Position numbers and translations under genes: made by a program. A stretch of 64,000 nt of DNA, from positions 141,362,001-141,426,000 of the forward strand of contig CM059432.1 of the NCBI GenBank assembly GCA_030390025.1, given 5' to 3'. Positions within the stretch are counted from its first letter, which is position 1. Each line of letters starts with the position of its first letter. Below are positions 49,801 to 63,600 of this stretch, one piece after another. The notes beneath the pieces are model-generated. The model made no database searches. It was not told where the DNA came from and worked only from the letters and a program-made list of their open reading frames with translations. This DNA is from Squalus acanthias. Lineage: Eukaryota.

Positions 49801-51961
49801 CAGTGTAACTGGGATTCACTCCAGTGTAACCGGACTCACTCCAGTGTAACTGGGACTCGCTCCAGTGTAACCGGACTCACTCCAGTGTAACCGGACTCAC
49901 TCCAGTGTAACCAGACTCACTCCAGTGTAACCGGGACTCACTCCAGTGTAACCGGACTCACTCCAGTGTAACCGGGACTCACTCCAGTGTAACCGGGACT
50001 CACTCCAGCTGTCACTGGACTCACTCCAGTGTAACTGGACTCACTCCAGTGTAACCGGACTCACTCCAGTGTAACCGGACTCACTCCAGTGTAACCGGAC
50101 TCACTCCAGTGTAACCGGACTCACTCCAGTGTAACCGGACTCACTCCAGTGTAACCGGGACTCACTCCAGTGTAACCGGACTCACTCCAGTGTAACCGGA
50201 CTCACTCCAGTGTAACGGACTCACTCCAGTGTAACCGGGACTCACTCCAGTGTAACCGGACTCACTCCAGTGGTAACCGGACTCACTCCAGTGTAACTGG
50301 GACTCACTCCAGTGTAACCTGACTCACTCCAGTGTAACCTGGGACTCACTCCAGTGTAACAGGACTCACTCCAGTGTAACTGGGACTCACTCCAGTGTAA
50401 CCAGACTCACTCCAGTGTAACCGGGACTCACTCCAGTGTAACCGGACTCACTCCAGTGTAACCGGACTCACTCCAGTGTAACCAGACTCACTCCAGTGGT
50501 ACTGGGACTCACTCCAGTGTAACCGGACTCACTCCAGTGTAACCGGACTCACTCCAGTGTAACCAGACTCACTCCAGTGTAACCGGGACTCACTCCAGTG
50601 TAACCGGGACTCACTCCAGTGTAACCGGACTCACTCCAGTGTAACCGGACTCACTCCAGTGTAACCGGACTCACTCCAGTGTAACCGGGACTCACTCCAG
50701 TGTAACCAGACTCGCTCCAGTGTAACCGGGACTCACTCCAGTGTAACCGGGACTCACTCCAGTGTAACTGGGACTCACTCCAGTGTAACCGGGACTCACT
50801 CCAGTGTAACCTGGGACTCACTCCAGTGTAACTGGGACTCACTCCAGTGTAACCGGACTCACTCCAGTGTAACTGGGACTCACTCCAGTGTAACGGGACT
50901 CACTCCAGTGTAACCAGACTCACTCCAGTGTAACTGGGACTCACTCCAGTGTAACCGGACTCACTCCAGTGTAACCGGACTCACTCCAGTGTAACCGGGA
51001 CTCACTCCAGTGTAACCGGACTCACTCCAGTGTAACCGGACTCACTCCAGTGTAACTGGACTCACTCCAGTGTAACTGGACTCACTCCAGTGTAACCGGA
51101 CTCACTCCAGTGTAACCGGACTCACTCCAGTGTAACTGGGACTCACTCCAGTGTAACCGGACTCACTCCAGTGTAACTGGGACTCACTCCAGTGTAACCG
51201 GACTCACTCCAGTGTAACTGGGACTCACTCCAGTGTAACCAGACTCACTCCAGTGTAACCGGACTCACTCCAGTGTAACCAGACTCACTCCAGTGTAACC
51301 GGGACTCACTCCAGTGTAACTGGACTCACTCCAGTGTAACCAGACTCACTCCAGTGTAACCGGACTCACTCCAGTGTAACCAGACTCACTCCAGTGTAAC
51401 CGGGACTCACTCCAGTGTAACTGGGACTCACTCCAGTGTAACCAGACTCACTCAGTGTAACCGGACTCACTCCAGTGTAACCAGACTCGCTCCAGTGTAA
51501 CCAGACTCGCTCCAGTGTAACCGGGACTCACTCCAGTGTAACTGGGACTCACTCCAGTGTAACCAGACTCACTCCAGTGTAACTAGGACTCACTCCAGTG
51601 TAACCGGACTCACTCCAGTGTAACTGGGACTCACTCCAGTGTAACCAGACTCACTCCAGTGTAACCGGACTCACTCCAGTGTAACCAGAACTCGCTCCAG
51701 TGTAACCGGGACTCACTCCAGTGTAACTGGGACTCACTCCAGTGTAACCAGACTCACTCCAGTGTAACTGGGACTCGCTCCAGTGTAACCGGACTCACTC
51801 CAGTGTAACCGGACTCACTCCAGTGTAACTGGGACTCACTCCACTGTTACTGGGACTCACTCCAGTGTAACCAGAACTAGCTCCAGTGTAACCAGAACTC
51901 GCTCCAGTGTAACCGGGACTCTCTCCAGTGTAACCGGACTCACTCCAGCGTTACTGAGACT
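46894..51961. repeat. Minisatellite, 20/21-bp unit ACTCACTCCAGTGTAAC(C/T)GG(G), ~5.1 kb, roughly 240-250 copies
   Basis: Directly visible head-to-tail tandem units with no unique spacers. Lies in the presumed COL14A1 intron 1. Confidence 0.98.
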
Positions 51962-52723
51962 GGACCCATCGCTCTGTGTCTCCCACAGAAAAGCTAATCT
52001 GGGACTTAACCGATTCCTCCGCTTCAGAGTGTGATCGACTCTCCGGGAAGCGTGTGCTGGTTTTTTTCAAACCACATTCTGCACCGACACAAAGGTGGGA
52101 ACTCGCATAATCCCCGGGGTCTCTTTGTTGGTTCCGTTTGGAGTTGAAAGCCGCAATGAACAGAGTGAATTAAAGGAACGCCGCGGCGTTTGATGGCTGC
52201 GCGGTGAGATTGTGGAGAAAGTTTCATTCAATGTTTAAACTGGAGCAGCGAGGCAGCAAGTCGGGGCAGAGACTGCATAACTCTCCACGTCTCCCTCGGA
52301 GTGCAGGTATCCAAGGAGACACCAAACATGTCTCAGGACGAAACAGATGTGTGTCCCAAAGCAACAGCTGGCCCCTGAGCACCTTCTGACACAAAGCGTG
52401 CTATTAAAACCCTTCAATAATAAGTGTCCGAGCCCTTGCTTTGATGGGTTGGTTAGGACTGACAACTCTTAAAAGAGTTAAATATTTACAACTGGCATAT
52501 TCTACCTTCAACTTCACAGATGCACAAAAACAGTGTCCCTGAGACACTCCTGCGTGAAACCTCCATGGAATAACTTTCTTAAACAATTCTGGGAAGGTGT
52601 CTCCTAATCGACATTATTTATGATAGGGCTGTAATATTCTTTATTGTTAAACAACGATTCACATTTTTAAAAAAAACCAGAGATGGTATCTCTTTAGCAG
52701 AAATAGCTCTGAAAATTCCTTAC

Positions 52724-53130
52724 CCTGGTGAAACGTGAAGCATTGATAATATCAGTTGTTTTCTTTTAAATTTATTTTCTTCTTCCTGGCCGCAAGTGAC
52801 ACCTCCCTTCTCTCTCTCTCTCTCTCTCTCAGTATATGGGGCTGCGAGACCTGCTTAATCTTTCACTTTCCTCTTAGCTCCTCCCTACTTTGGATGTGAG
52901 GAAGACACACACACACACAAGACTCACCACAAACCCCTCCCTCCCTCGCCACCCCACAACTTCCCTAGGTACACACCCCCACCCACCCAGGCCCAGCCAA
53001 TGAAAGGTCCGAGCAACACATCCCAAAACCTGATTGACAGCTTCCTTTTTTTTTAAAGTGGGAGGGGGGTAAAAACAGGGGGCAGTCACATCTCTTTGCC
53101 TTTAAGGAGTCACGCCTGCTGTGATAACAC
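52724..53130 (-). promoter_or_regulatory. COL14A1: Candidate COL14A1 promoter and non-coding first exon(s)
   Basis: Unique sequence upstream of the ATG exon, whose acceptor demands an upstream exon. Two consensus minus-strand donors: CAGG|gtaagg (exon end 52724) and GTG|gtgagt (exon end 52928). CCAAT at 52997-53001, CACCC/GT boxes at ~52972-52988, (GA)n and (GT)n tracts, and CpG-richer sequence at ~52030-52300. The transcription start position is inferred, not observed. Confidence 0.55.
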
Positions 53131-53344
53131 AATGAATGAATCTGCCCACAAACAGCAGCGATGAAATGTACTCAGATAGGCAACCAAAATGTTAAAACAG
53201 GAAAACACGTTTGCCTAGTTGGGACCACTCATTGTGTAAATGTAGCATCATACCTGGACCAGTACCTTTTAGCCATCAGGAAAGCCATTCTCGCTCCCCT
53301 TTCCTCCAACACAGCTGCAAAGCACATATGATGTGTTCCTTACG

Positions 53345-54160
53345 CAACAACAACTTGCATTTATATAGCGCCTTTAACGTAGTAAAACATCCCAAGGCGC
53401 TTCACAGGAGCGTAAATCAGACAACATTGAACACCGAGCCACAGAAGGAGGCTTTAGGGCAGATGGCCAAAAGCTTGGTCAAAGAGGTAGGTTTTAAGGA
53501 GCGTCTTAAAGGAGGAGAGAGAGGTGGAGAGGCGGAGAGGTTTAGGGAGGGAATTCCAGAGCTTAGGGCTTAGGCAACAGAAGGCACGGCCACCAATGGT
53601 GGAGCGATGAAAATCGGGGATGCTCAAGAGGCCAGAATTAGAAGAGTGCAGAGATCTCGGAGGGTTGCAGGGCTGGAGGAGGTGACAGAGATAGGGAGGG
53701 GCTGAGGCCATGGAGGGATTTGAAGACAAGGATGAGAATTTTTTAGTTAAGGTGTTGCCGGACCGGGAGCCAGTGTAGGACAGTGAGTGCAGGGGTGATG
53801 GGTGAACGGGACTTGGTGCGAGTTAGGACACGGGACAGCAGAGCTTCAGATGAGCTGAAGTTTACAGAGAGTGAAGGATGGAAGGCCGGCCAGGAGAGCG
53901 TCGGAATAGTCGAGTCTGGAGGTAGTGAAAGCATGGATGAGGGTTTCAGCAGCAGATGGGCTGAGGCAGAGGCAGAGACGGGCGATGTTACAGAGGTGGA
54001 AGTAGGCGGTCTTGGTGATGGAGCGGATATGGAGTCGCCAGAATTGAAGGAGCGCCGAGGTGTCGGAGGGTTGTGGGGCTGGAGGAGGTTACAGAGATCG
54101 GGAGCGGCGAGGCCATGGAGGGATTTGAACACAAGGATGGCAATTTTAAATTTGAGGTGT
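53345..54160 (-). mobile_element. L2-clade LINE 3' fragment with a second internal L2 segment appended (~54030-54160)
   Basis: L2 ORF2 motifs (LHWLPV, STIGGRAF) and a (TTG)n tail at 53345. Confidence 0.83.
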
Positions 54161-54554
54161 TGATTCAGAACCAGTACAGGTGAATTGGAAAACCTTTGGG
54201 AAGACATTTGCAACATCAATGTGAGCTACAGGAGCCTTTTAGAATCACAAAGCCTTTGAACATTATTTCTAAGATCAGGCACACCTGTACGATCCATATT
54301 AAAATAGTCTAAAAGGCAAGGATTTTGCCATATTCCCCTCGTCCAATAACTTTCCACACCACAGTATTATGGTCTTTTCATTTCTCACTTCTTCTCATTC
54401 CATGCTGTCTGACATTCATATGAGCACCTCAGACTAAAGGAGCATTATCAGTTGATAACAGGATAGGCATGATGCCCGCTGACGTGATTGGGAATGCAAT
54501 TATTGCATCACATCAACAATCATGTGTGTCAGAAAAGTATATTCAATGAATGAT

Positions 54555-54672
54555 AAAGCACAGAGGAGTCCGTTTGGCCCAACGTGCCTGAGCCGGCTCT
54601 TTGAAAGAGCTCTCCAATTAGTCCCATTCCCTCCACTGCGATTTCCCCATAGTCCTGCGAAGTTTTCCTTTT
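54555..54672 (-). mobile_element. CR1 3'UTR fragment abutting the 25-bp satellite
   Basis: GCCGGCTCTTTGAAAGAGCTCTCCAATTAGTCCCA matches the 6538 family. Confidence 0.7.
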
Positions 54673-57600
54673 CCAGTCCCTCCAATACTGACCACAAACT
54701 TTCCCTCCAATACTGATCATTACCTGTCCCTCCAATACTGACCATTACCTGTCCCTCCAATACTGACCAGAACCTGTCCTCCAATACTGACCATTACCTG
54801 TCCCTCCAATACTGACCAGAACCTGTCCCTCCAATACTGACCAGAACCTGTCCCTCCAATACTGACCAGAACCTGTCCCTCCAATACTGACCATTACCTG
54901 TCCCTCCAATACTGACCAGAACCTGTCCCTCCAATACTGACCATTACCTGTCCCTCTAATACTGACCATTACCTGTCCCTCCAATACTGACCAGAACCTG
55001 TCCCTCCAATACTGACCAGAACCTGTCCCTCCAATACTGACCAGAACCTGTCCCTCCAATACTGACCAGAACCTATCCCTCCAATACTGACCAGAACCTG
55101 TCCCTCCAATACTGACCAGATCCTGTCCCTCCAATACTGAGCAGAACCTGTCCCTCCAATACTGAGCAGAACCTGTCCCTCCAATACTGACCAGAACCTG
55201 TCCCTCCAATACTGACGATTACCTGTCCCTCCAATACTGACCATAACCTGTCCCTCCAATACTGACCATTACCTGTCCCTCCAATAATGAGCAGAACCTG
55301 TCCCTCCAATACTGACCAGAAGCTGTCCCTACAATACTGACCAGAACCTGTCCTTCCAATACTGACCATTACCTGTCCCTCCAATACTGACCAGAACCTT
55401 TCCCTCCAATACTGACCAGATCCAGTCCCTCCAATACTGACCAGAACCTGTCCCTCCACTACTGACCAGACCCTGTCCCTCCAATACTGAGCAGAACCTG
55501 TCCCTCCAATACTGAGCAGAACCTGTCCCTCCAATACTGACCAGATCCTGTCCCTCCAATACTGACCATTACCTGTCCCTCCAATAAAGAGCAGAACCTG
55601 TCCCTCCAATACTGACCAGAACCTGTCCCTCCAATACTGACCAGAACCTGTCCCTCCAATACTGAGCAGAACCTGTCCCTCCAATACTGACCAGAACCTG
55701 TCCCTCCAATACTGACCAGAACATGTCCCTCCAATACTGACCAGAACCTGTCCCTCCAATACTGAGCAGAACCTGTCACTCCAATACTGACCAGTACCTG
55801 TCCCGACAATACTGACCATTAACCTTCCCTCCAATACTGACCAGAACCTGTCCCTCCAATACTGAGCAGAACCTGTCCCTCCAATACTGACCAGAACCTG
55901 TCCCTCCAATACTGCCCATTACCTGTCCCTCCAATACTGACCATTACCTGTCCCTCCAATACTGACCATTACCTGTCCCTCCAATACTGAGCAGAACCTG
56001 TCCCTCCAATACTGACCAGATCCTGTCCCTCCAATACTGACCATTACCTGTCCCTCCAATACAGAGCAGAACCTATCCCTCCAATACTGACCAGAACCTG
56101 TCCCTCCAATACTGACCAGAACCTGTCCCTCCAATACTGAGCAGAACCTGTCCCTCCAATACTGACCAGAACCTGTCCCTCCAATACTGACCAGAACCTG
56201 TCCCTCCAATACTGACCAGAACCTGTCCCTCCAATACTGAGCAGAACCTGTCACTCCAATACTGACCAGTACCTGTCCCGACAATACTGACCATTAACCT
56301 TCCCTCCAATACTGACCAGAACCTGTCCCTCCAATACTGAGCAGAACCTGTCCCTCCAATACTGACCAGAACCTGTCCCTCCAATACTGCCCATTACCTG
56401 TCCCTCCAATACTGACCATTACCTGTCCCTCCAATACTGACCATTACCTGTCCCTCCAATACTGAGAAGAACCTGTCCCTCCAATACTGACCAGAAGCTG
56501 TCCCTACAATACTCACCACAACCTGACCTTGAAATACTGACCAGAACCTTTCCTTCCAATACTGACCAGATCCTGTCCCTCCAATACTGACCATTACCTG
56601 TCCCTCCAATACTGACCAGAACCTTTCCCTCCAATACTGACCAGATCCAGTCCCTCCAATACTGACCAGAACCTGTCCCTCCAATACTGACCAGCACCTT
56701 TCACAGCAATACTGACCAGAAGCTGTCCCTCCAATACTGACCTAGAACCTGTCCCTCCAAAACTGACCAGAACCTGTCCCTGCAATACTGACCAGAACCT
56801 GTCCCTCCAAAACTGACCAGAACCTGTCCTTCCAAAACTGACCAGAACCTGTCCCTCCAATACTGACCAGAACCTGTCCCTCCAATACTGACCACAACCT
56901 GTCCTTCAATACTGACCTTAACCATCCCACCAAGACTGAGCAGAACCTGTCCCTCCAATACTGACCAGAACCTGTCCCTCCAATACTGAGCAGAACCTGT
57001 CCCTCCAATACTGACCAGAACCTGTCCTTCCAATACTGACCTTAACCTGTCCCTCCAATACTGAGCAGAACCTGTCCCTCCAATACTGACCAGTACCTGT
57101 CCCTCCAAAACTGTCCAGAACCTGTCCCTCCAATACTGACCAGAACCTGTCCTTCCAATACTGACCAGAACCTTTCCCTCCAATACTGACCAGATCCTGT
57201 CCCTCCAATACTGACCAGAACCTGTTCCTCCAATAATGACCAGAACCTGTTCCTCCAATACTGACCAGAACCTTTCACAGCAATACTGACCAGAAGCTGT
57301 CCCTCCAATACTGACCAGAACCTATCCCTCCAAAACTGACCAGAACCTGTCCCTCCAATACTGACCAGAACATGTCCCTCCAATACTGACCAGTACCTGT
57401 CACTCCAATACTGACCAAACCTGTCCCTCCAATACTGACCAGAACCTGTACCTCCAGTACTGACCATTACCTGTCCCGACAATACTGACCAGAACCTGTC
57501 ACTCCAATACTGACCAGACCCTGTCCCTCCAATAGTGACCAGAACCTGCCCCTCCAATACTGATCAGAACATGTCCCTCCAATACTGACCAGAACCTGTC

Positions 57601-60600
57601 CCTCCAATACTGACCAGAACCTTTCCCTCCAATGCTGACCAGATCCTGTCCCTCCAATACTGAGCAGATCCTGTCCCTCCAATACTGAGCAGAACCTGTC
57701 CCTCCAATACTGATCAGTACCTGTCACTCCAATACTGACCAGAACCTGTCCCTCCAATACTGACCAGAAACTGTACCTCCAATACTGACCATTACCTGTC
57801 CCGACAATACTGACCAGAACCTGTCCCTCCAATACTGATCAGAATCTGTTCCTCCAATACTGACCAGAACCTGTCCCTCCAATACTGACCAGAACCTGTA
57901 CCTCCAATACTGACCATTACCTGTCCATCCAATACTGACCAGAACATGTCCCACCAATACTGATCAGAACCTGCCCCTGTAATACTGACCAGAACCTGCC
58001 CCTCCAATACTGACCATACCTGTCCCTCCAATACTGACCATAACCTGTCCCTCCAATACTGACCATTACCTGTCCCTCCAATACTGAGCAGAACCTGTCC
58101 CTCCAATACTGACCAGAAGCTGTCCCTCCAATACTGACCAGAACCTGTCCTCCAATACTGACCATTACCTGTCCCTCCAATACTGACCAGAACCTTTCCC
58201 TCCAATACTGACCAGAACCTGTCCCTCCAATACTGACCAGAACCTGTCCCTCCAATACTGACCAGAACCTGTCCCTCCAATACTGACCAGAACCTGTCCC
58301 TCCAATACTGAGCCAGAACCTGTCCCTCCAATACTGACCAGATCCTGTCCCTCCAATACTGACCATTACCTGTCCCTCCAATACTGAGCCAGAACCTGTC
58401 CCTCCAATACTGACCAGAACCTGTCCCTCCAATACTGACCAGAACCTGTCCCTCCAATACTGACCAGAACCTGTCCCTCCAATACTGACCAGAACCTGTC
58501 CCTCCAATACTGACCAGAACCTGTCCCTCCAATACTGACCAGAACCTGTCCCTCCAATACTGAGCAGAACCTGTCACTCCAATACTGACCAGTACCTGTC
58601 CCGACAATACTGACCATTAACCTTCCCTCCAATACTGACCAGAACCTGTCCCTCCAATACTGAGCAGAACCTGTCCCTCCAATACTGACCAGAACCTGTC
58701 CCTCCAATACTGCCCATTACCTGTCCCTCCAATACTGACCATTACCTGTCCCTCCAATACTGACCATTACCTGTCCCTCCAATACTGAGCAGAACCTGTC
58801 CCTCCAATACTGACCAGAAGCTGTCCCTACAATACTCACCACAACCTGTCCTTGAAATACTGACCAGAACCTTTCCTTCCAATACTGACCAGATCCTGTC
58901 CCTCCAATACTGACCATTACCTGTCCCTCCAATACTGACCAGAACCTTTCCCTCCAATACTGACCAGATCCAGTCCCTCCAATACTGACCAGAACCTGTC
59001 CCTCCAATACTGACCAGAACCTTTCACAGCAATACTAACCAGAAGCTGTCCCTCCAATACTGACCAGAACCTGTCCCTCCAAAACTGACCAGAACCTGTC
59101 CCTGCAATACTGACCAGAACCTGTCCCTCCAAAACTGACCAGAACCTGTCCTTCCAAAACTGATCAGAACCTGTCCCTCCAATACTGACCAGAACCTGTC
59201 CCTCCAATACTGACCAGAACCTGTCCTTCCAATACTGACCTTAACCATCCCACCAAGACTGAGCAGAACCTGTCCCTCCAATACTGACCAGAACCTGTCC
59301 CTCCCAATACCTGAGCAGAACCTGTCCCTCCAATACTGACAGAACCTGTCCTTCCAATACTGACCTTAACCTGTCCCTCCATACTGAGCAGAACCTGTCC
59401 CTCCAATACTGACCAGTACCTGTCCCTCAAAACTGTCCAGAACCTGTCCTCCAATACTGACCAGACCTGTCCTTCCAATACTGACCAGAACCTTTCCCTC
59501 CAATACTGACCAGATCCTGTCCCTCCAATACTGACCAGAACCTGTTCCTCCAATAATGACCAGAACCTCTTCCTCCAATACTGACCAGAACCTTTCACAG
59601 CAATACTGACCAGAAGCTGTCCCTCCAATACTGACCAGAACCTATCCCTCCAAAACTGACCAGAACCTGTCCCTCCAATACTGACCAGAACATGTCCCTC
59701 CAATACTGACCAGTACCTGTCACTCCAATACTGACCAGAACCTGTCCCTCCAATACTGACCAGAACCTGTACCTCCAGTACTGACCATTACCTGTCCCGA
59801 CAATACTGACCAGAACCTGTCACTCCAATACTGACCAGACCCTGTCCCTCCAATAGTGACCAGAACCTGCCCCTCCAATACTGATCAGAACCTGTCCCTC
59901 CAATACTGACCAGAACCTGTCCCTCCAATACTGACCAGAACCTTTCCCTCCAATGCTGACCAGATCCTGTCCCTCCAATACTGAGCAGATCCTGTCCCTC
60001 CAATACTGAGCCAGAACCTGTCCTCCAATACTGATCAGTACCTGTCACTCCAATACTGACCAGAACCTGTCCCTCCAATACTGACCAGAAACTGTACCTC
60101 CAATACTGACCATTACCTGTCCCGACAATACTGACCAGAACCTGTCCCTCCAATACTGATCAGAACCTGTCCCTCCAATACTGACCAGAACCTGTCCCTC
60201 CACATACTGACCTAGAACCTGTTACCTCAATACTGACCATTACCTGTCCATCCAATACTGACCAGACATGTCCCCCCAATACTGATCAGAACCTGCCCTG
60301 TAATACTGACCAGAACCTGCCCCTCCAATAACTGACCATTACCTGTCCCTCCAATACTGACCATAACCTGTCCCTCCATACTGACCATACCTGTCCCTCC
60401 AATAATGAGCAGAACCTGTCCTCTCCATACTGCACCAGAAGCTGTCCCTACCAATACCTGACCAGAACCCTGTCCTTCCAATACTGCCATTACCTGTCCC
60501 CTTTTTTTTCGAAATAGACTGAACCTTTACCTCAATACTGACAGATCCAGTCCCTCCAATACTGACCGAACCTGTCCCTCCACTACTGACCAAGACCCTG

Positions 60601-63600
60601 TCCCTCTCAATACGGGAGCAGAACCTGACCATCGAATTACTGAGGCAGAACTGACCCTCCATTACTGACAGATCCGGTCCCTCCAATACTGACCATTACC
60701 TGTCCCTCCAATACTGACCAGAACCTGTCCCTCCAATACTGACCAGAACCTTTCCCTGCAATACTGACCAGAACCTGTCCCACCAATACTGACCAGACCC
60801 TGTCCCTCCAATACTGACCAGACCCTGTCCCTCCAATACTGACGAGAACCTGTCCCTCTAATACTGACCAGAACCTTTCCCTCCAATACTGACCAGAACC
60901 TGTCCCTCCAATACTGACCAGAACCTGTCCCTCAATACTGACCAGAACCATTCCCTCCAATACTGACCAGACCTGTCCCTCCTAATACTGACCAGACCTG
61001 TCCCTCCAATACTGACCAGAACCTGTCCATCCAATACTGACCAGACCCTGTCCCTCCAATACTGACCAGACCCTGTCCCTTCAATACTGACTAGAACCTT
61101 TCCCTGCAATACTGACCAGAACCTGTCCCACCAATACTGACCAGACCCTGTCCCTCCAATACTGACCAGACCCTGTCCCTCCAGTGTTGAACAGAACCTG
61201 TCCCTCCAATACTGACCAGACCCTGTCCCTCCAATACTGACCAGAACCTGTCCCTCTAATACTGACCAGAACCTGTCCCTCCAATACATATCAGACCCTG
61301 TCCATCCAATACTGACCAGAACCGGCCCCTCCAATATGGACCAGAACCTGTACCTCCAATACTGACCAGAACCTGTACCTCCAATACTGACCAGAACCTG
61401 TACCTCCAATTCTGACCAGAATCTGTCCCTCCAATACTGACCTGAACCTGTACCTCCAGTACTGACCAGAACCTGTCCCTCTAATACTGACCAGAACCAA
61501 TCCCTGCAATACTGACCAGACCTGTCCCTCTAATACTGACCAGACCCTGTCCCTCCAATACTGACCAGAACCTGTCCATCCAATACTGACCAGACCCTGT
61601 CCCTCCAATACTGACCAGACCCTGTCCCTTCAATACTGACTAGAACCTTTCCCTGCAATACTGAGCAGAACCTGTCCCACCAATACTGACCAGACCCTGT
61701 CCCTCCAATACTGACCAGACCCTGTCCCTCCAGTATTGAACAGAACCTGTCCCTCCAATACTGACCAGACCCTGTCCCTCCAATACTGACCAGAACCTGT
61801 CCCTCTAATACTGACCAGAACCTGTCCCTCCAATACATACCAGACCCTGTCCATCCAATACTGACCAGAACCGGCCCCTCCAATACGGACCAGAACCTGT
61901 ACCTCCAATACTGACCAGAACCTGTACCTCCAATACTGACCAGAACCTGTACCTCCAATACTGACCAGAACCTGTCCCTCCAATACCGACCTGACCCTGT
62001 ACCTCCAATAGTGACAATCACCTGTCCAACCAATACTGACCAGAACCTATACCTCCAATACTGACCAGAGCCTGTACCTCCAATACTGACCAGAACCTGT
62101 CCCTCCAATACTGACCAGAACCTGTCCGTTCAATACTGACCAGAACCAGTGCCTCCAATACTGACCAGAACCTGACCCTCCAATACTGACCAGAACCAAT
62201 GCCTTCAATACTGACCAGAACCTGTTCCTCCAATACTAACCATTACCTGTCCCTCCAATACTGACCAGAACCTGTCCCTCCAATAATGACCAGAACCTGT
62301 CCCTCCAATACTGACCAGAACCTGTACCTCCAATACTGACCTAGAACCTGTCCCTCCAATACTGACCAGAACCTGTCCGTCCAATACTGACCAGAACCAG
62401 TGCCTCCAATACTGACCAAAACCAGTTCCTCCAATACTGACCATTACCTGTCCCTCCAATACTGACCAGAACCTGTCCCTCCAATACTGATCAGAACCTG
62501 ACCCTCCAATACTGACCAGAACCAGTGCCTCCAATACTGACCAGAACCTGTTCCTCCAATACTGACCATTACCTGTCCCTCCAATACTGACCAGAACCTG
62601 TCCCTCTAATACTGACCAGAACCTTTCCCTGCAATACTGACCAGAACCTGTCCCACCAATACTGACCAGACCCTGTCCCTCCAATACTGACCAGACCCTG
62701 TCCCTCCAATACTGATGAGAACCTGTCCCTCTAATACTGACCAGACCCTGCCCCTCCAATACTGACCAGAACCTATACCTCCAATACGGACCAGAACCAG
62801 TCCCTCCAGTACTGACCAGAACCTGTCCCTCTAATACTGACCAGAACCATTCCCTGCAATACTGACCAGACCTGTCCCTCTAATACTGACCAGACCCTGT
62901 CCCTCCAATACTAACCAGAAGCTGTCCCTCCAAGACTAACCAGAAGCTGTCCCTCCAATACTAACCAGAACCTGTCCCTCTGATACTGACCAGAACCTGT
63001 TCCTCCAATACTGACCAGAACATGTCCCTCCAATACTGACCAGATCCTGTCCCTCCAATACTGACCAGAAGCTGTCCCTCCAATACTAACCAGAACCTGT
63101 CCCTCCAATACTGATCAGTACCTGTCACTCCAATACTGACCAGAACCTGTCCCTCCAATACTGACCAGAACCTGTACCTCCAATACTGACCATTACCTGT
63201 CCCGACAATACTGACCAGAACCTGTCCCTCCAATACTGATCAGAATCTGTTCCTCCAATACTGACCAGAACCTGTCCCTCCAATACTGACCAGACCCTGT
63301 CCATCCAATACTGACCAGAACCTGTCCCTCCAATACTGACCAGAACCTGTCCCTCCAATACTGACCATTACCTGTCCATCACATACTGACCAGAACCTAT
63401 ACTTCCAATACTGACCAGAACCTGTCCCTCCAATACTGACCAGAACCTGTACCTCCAATTCTGACCATTACCTGTCCAACCAATACTGACCAGAACCTGT
63501 ACCTCCAATACTGAACAGAACCTGTACCTCCAATACTGACCATTACCTGCCCCTCCAATACTGACCAGACCTTGTCCATCCAATACTGACCATTACCTGT

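Noticed and set aside
47471..50842. ORFs of YTGVSPS/YSGVSPS heptads resembling the RNA polymerase II CTD (YSPTSPS)
   Set aside because: These are translations of the 21-bp unit. Interspersed 20-bp units shift the frame constantly, the 'M' starts are GTG codons, and there is no RPB1 sequence.
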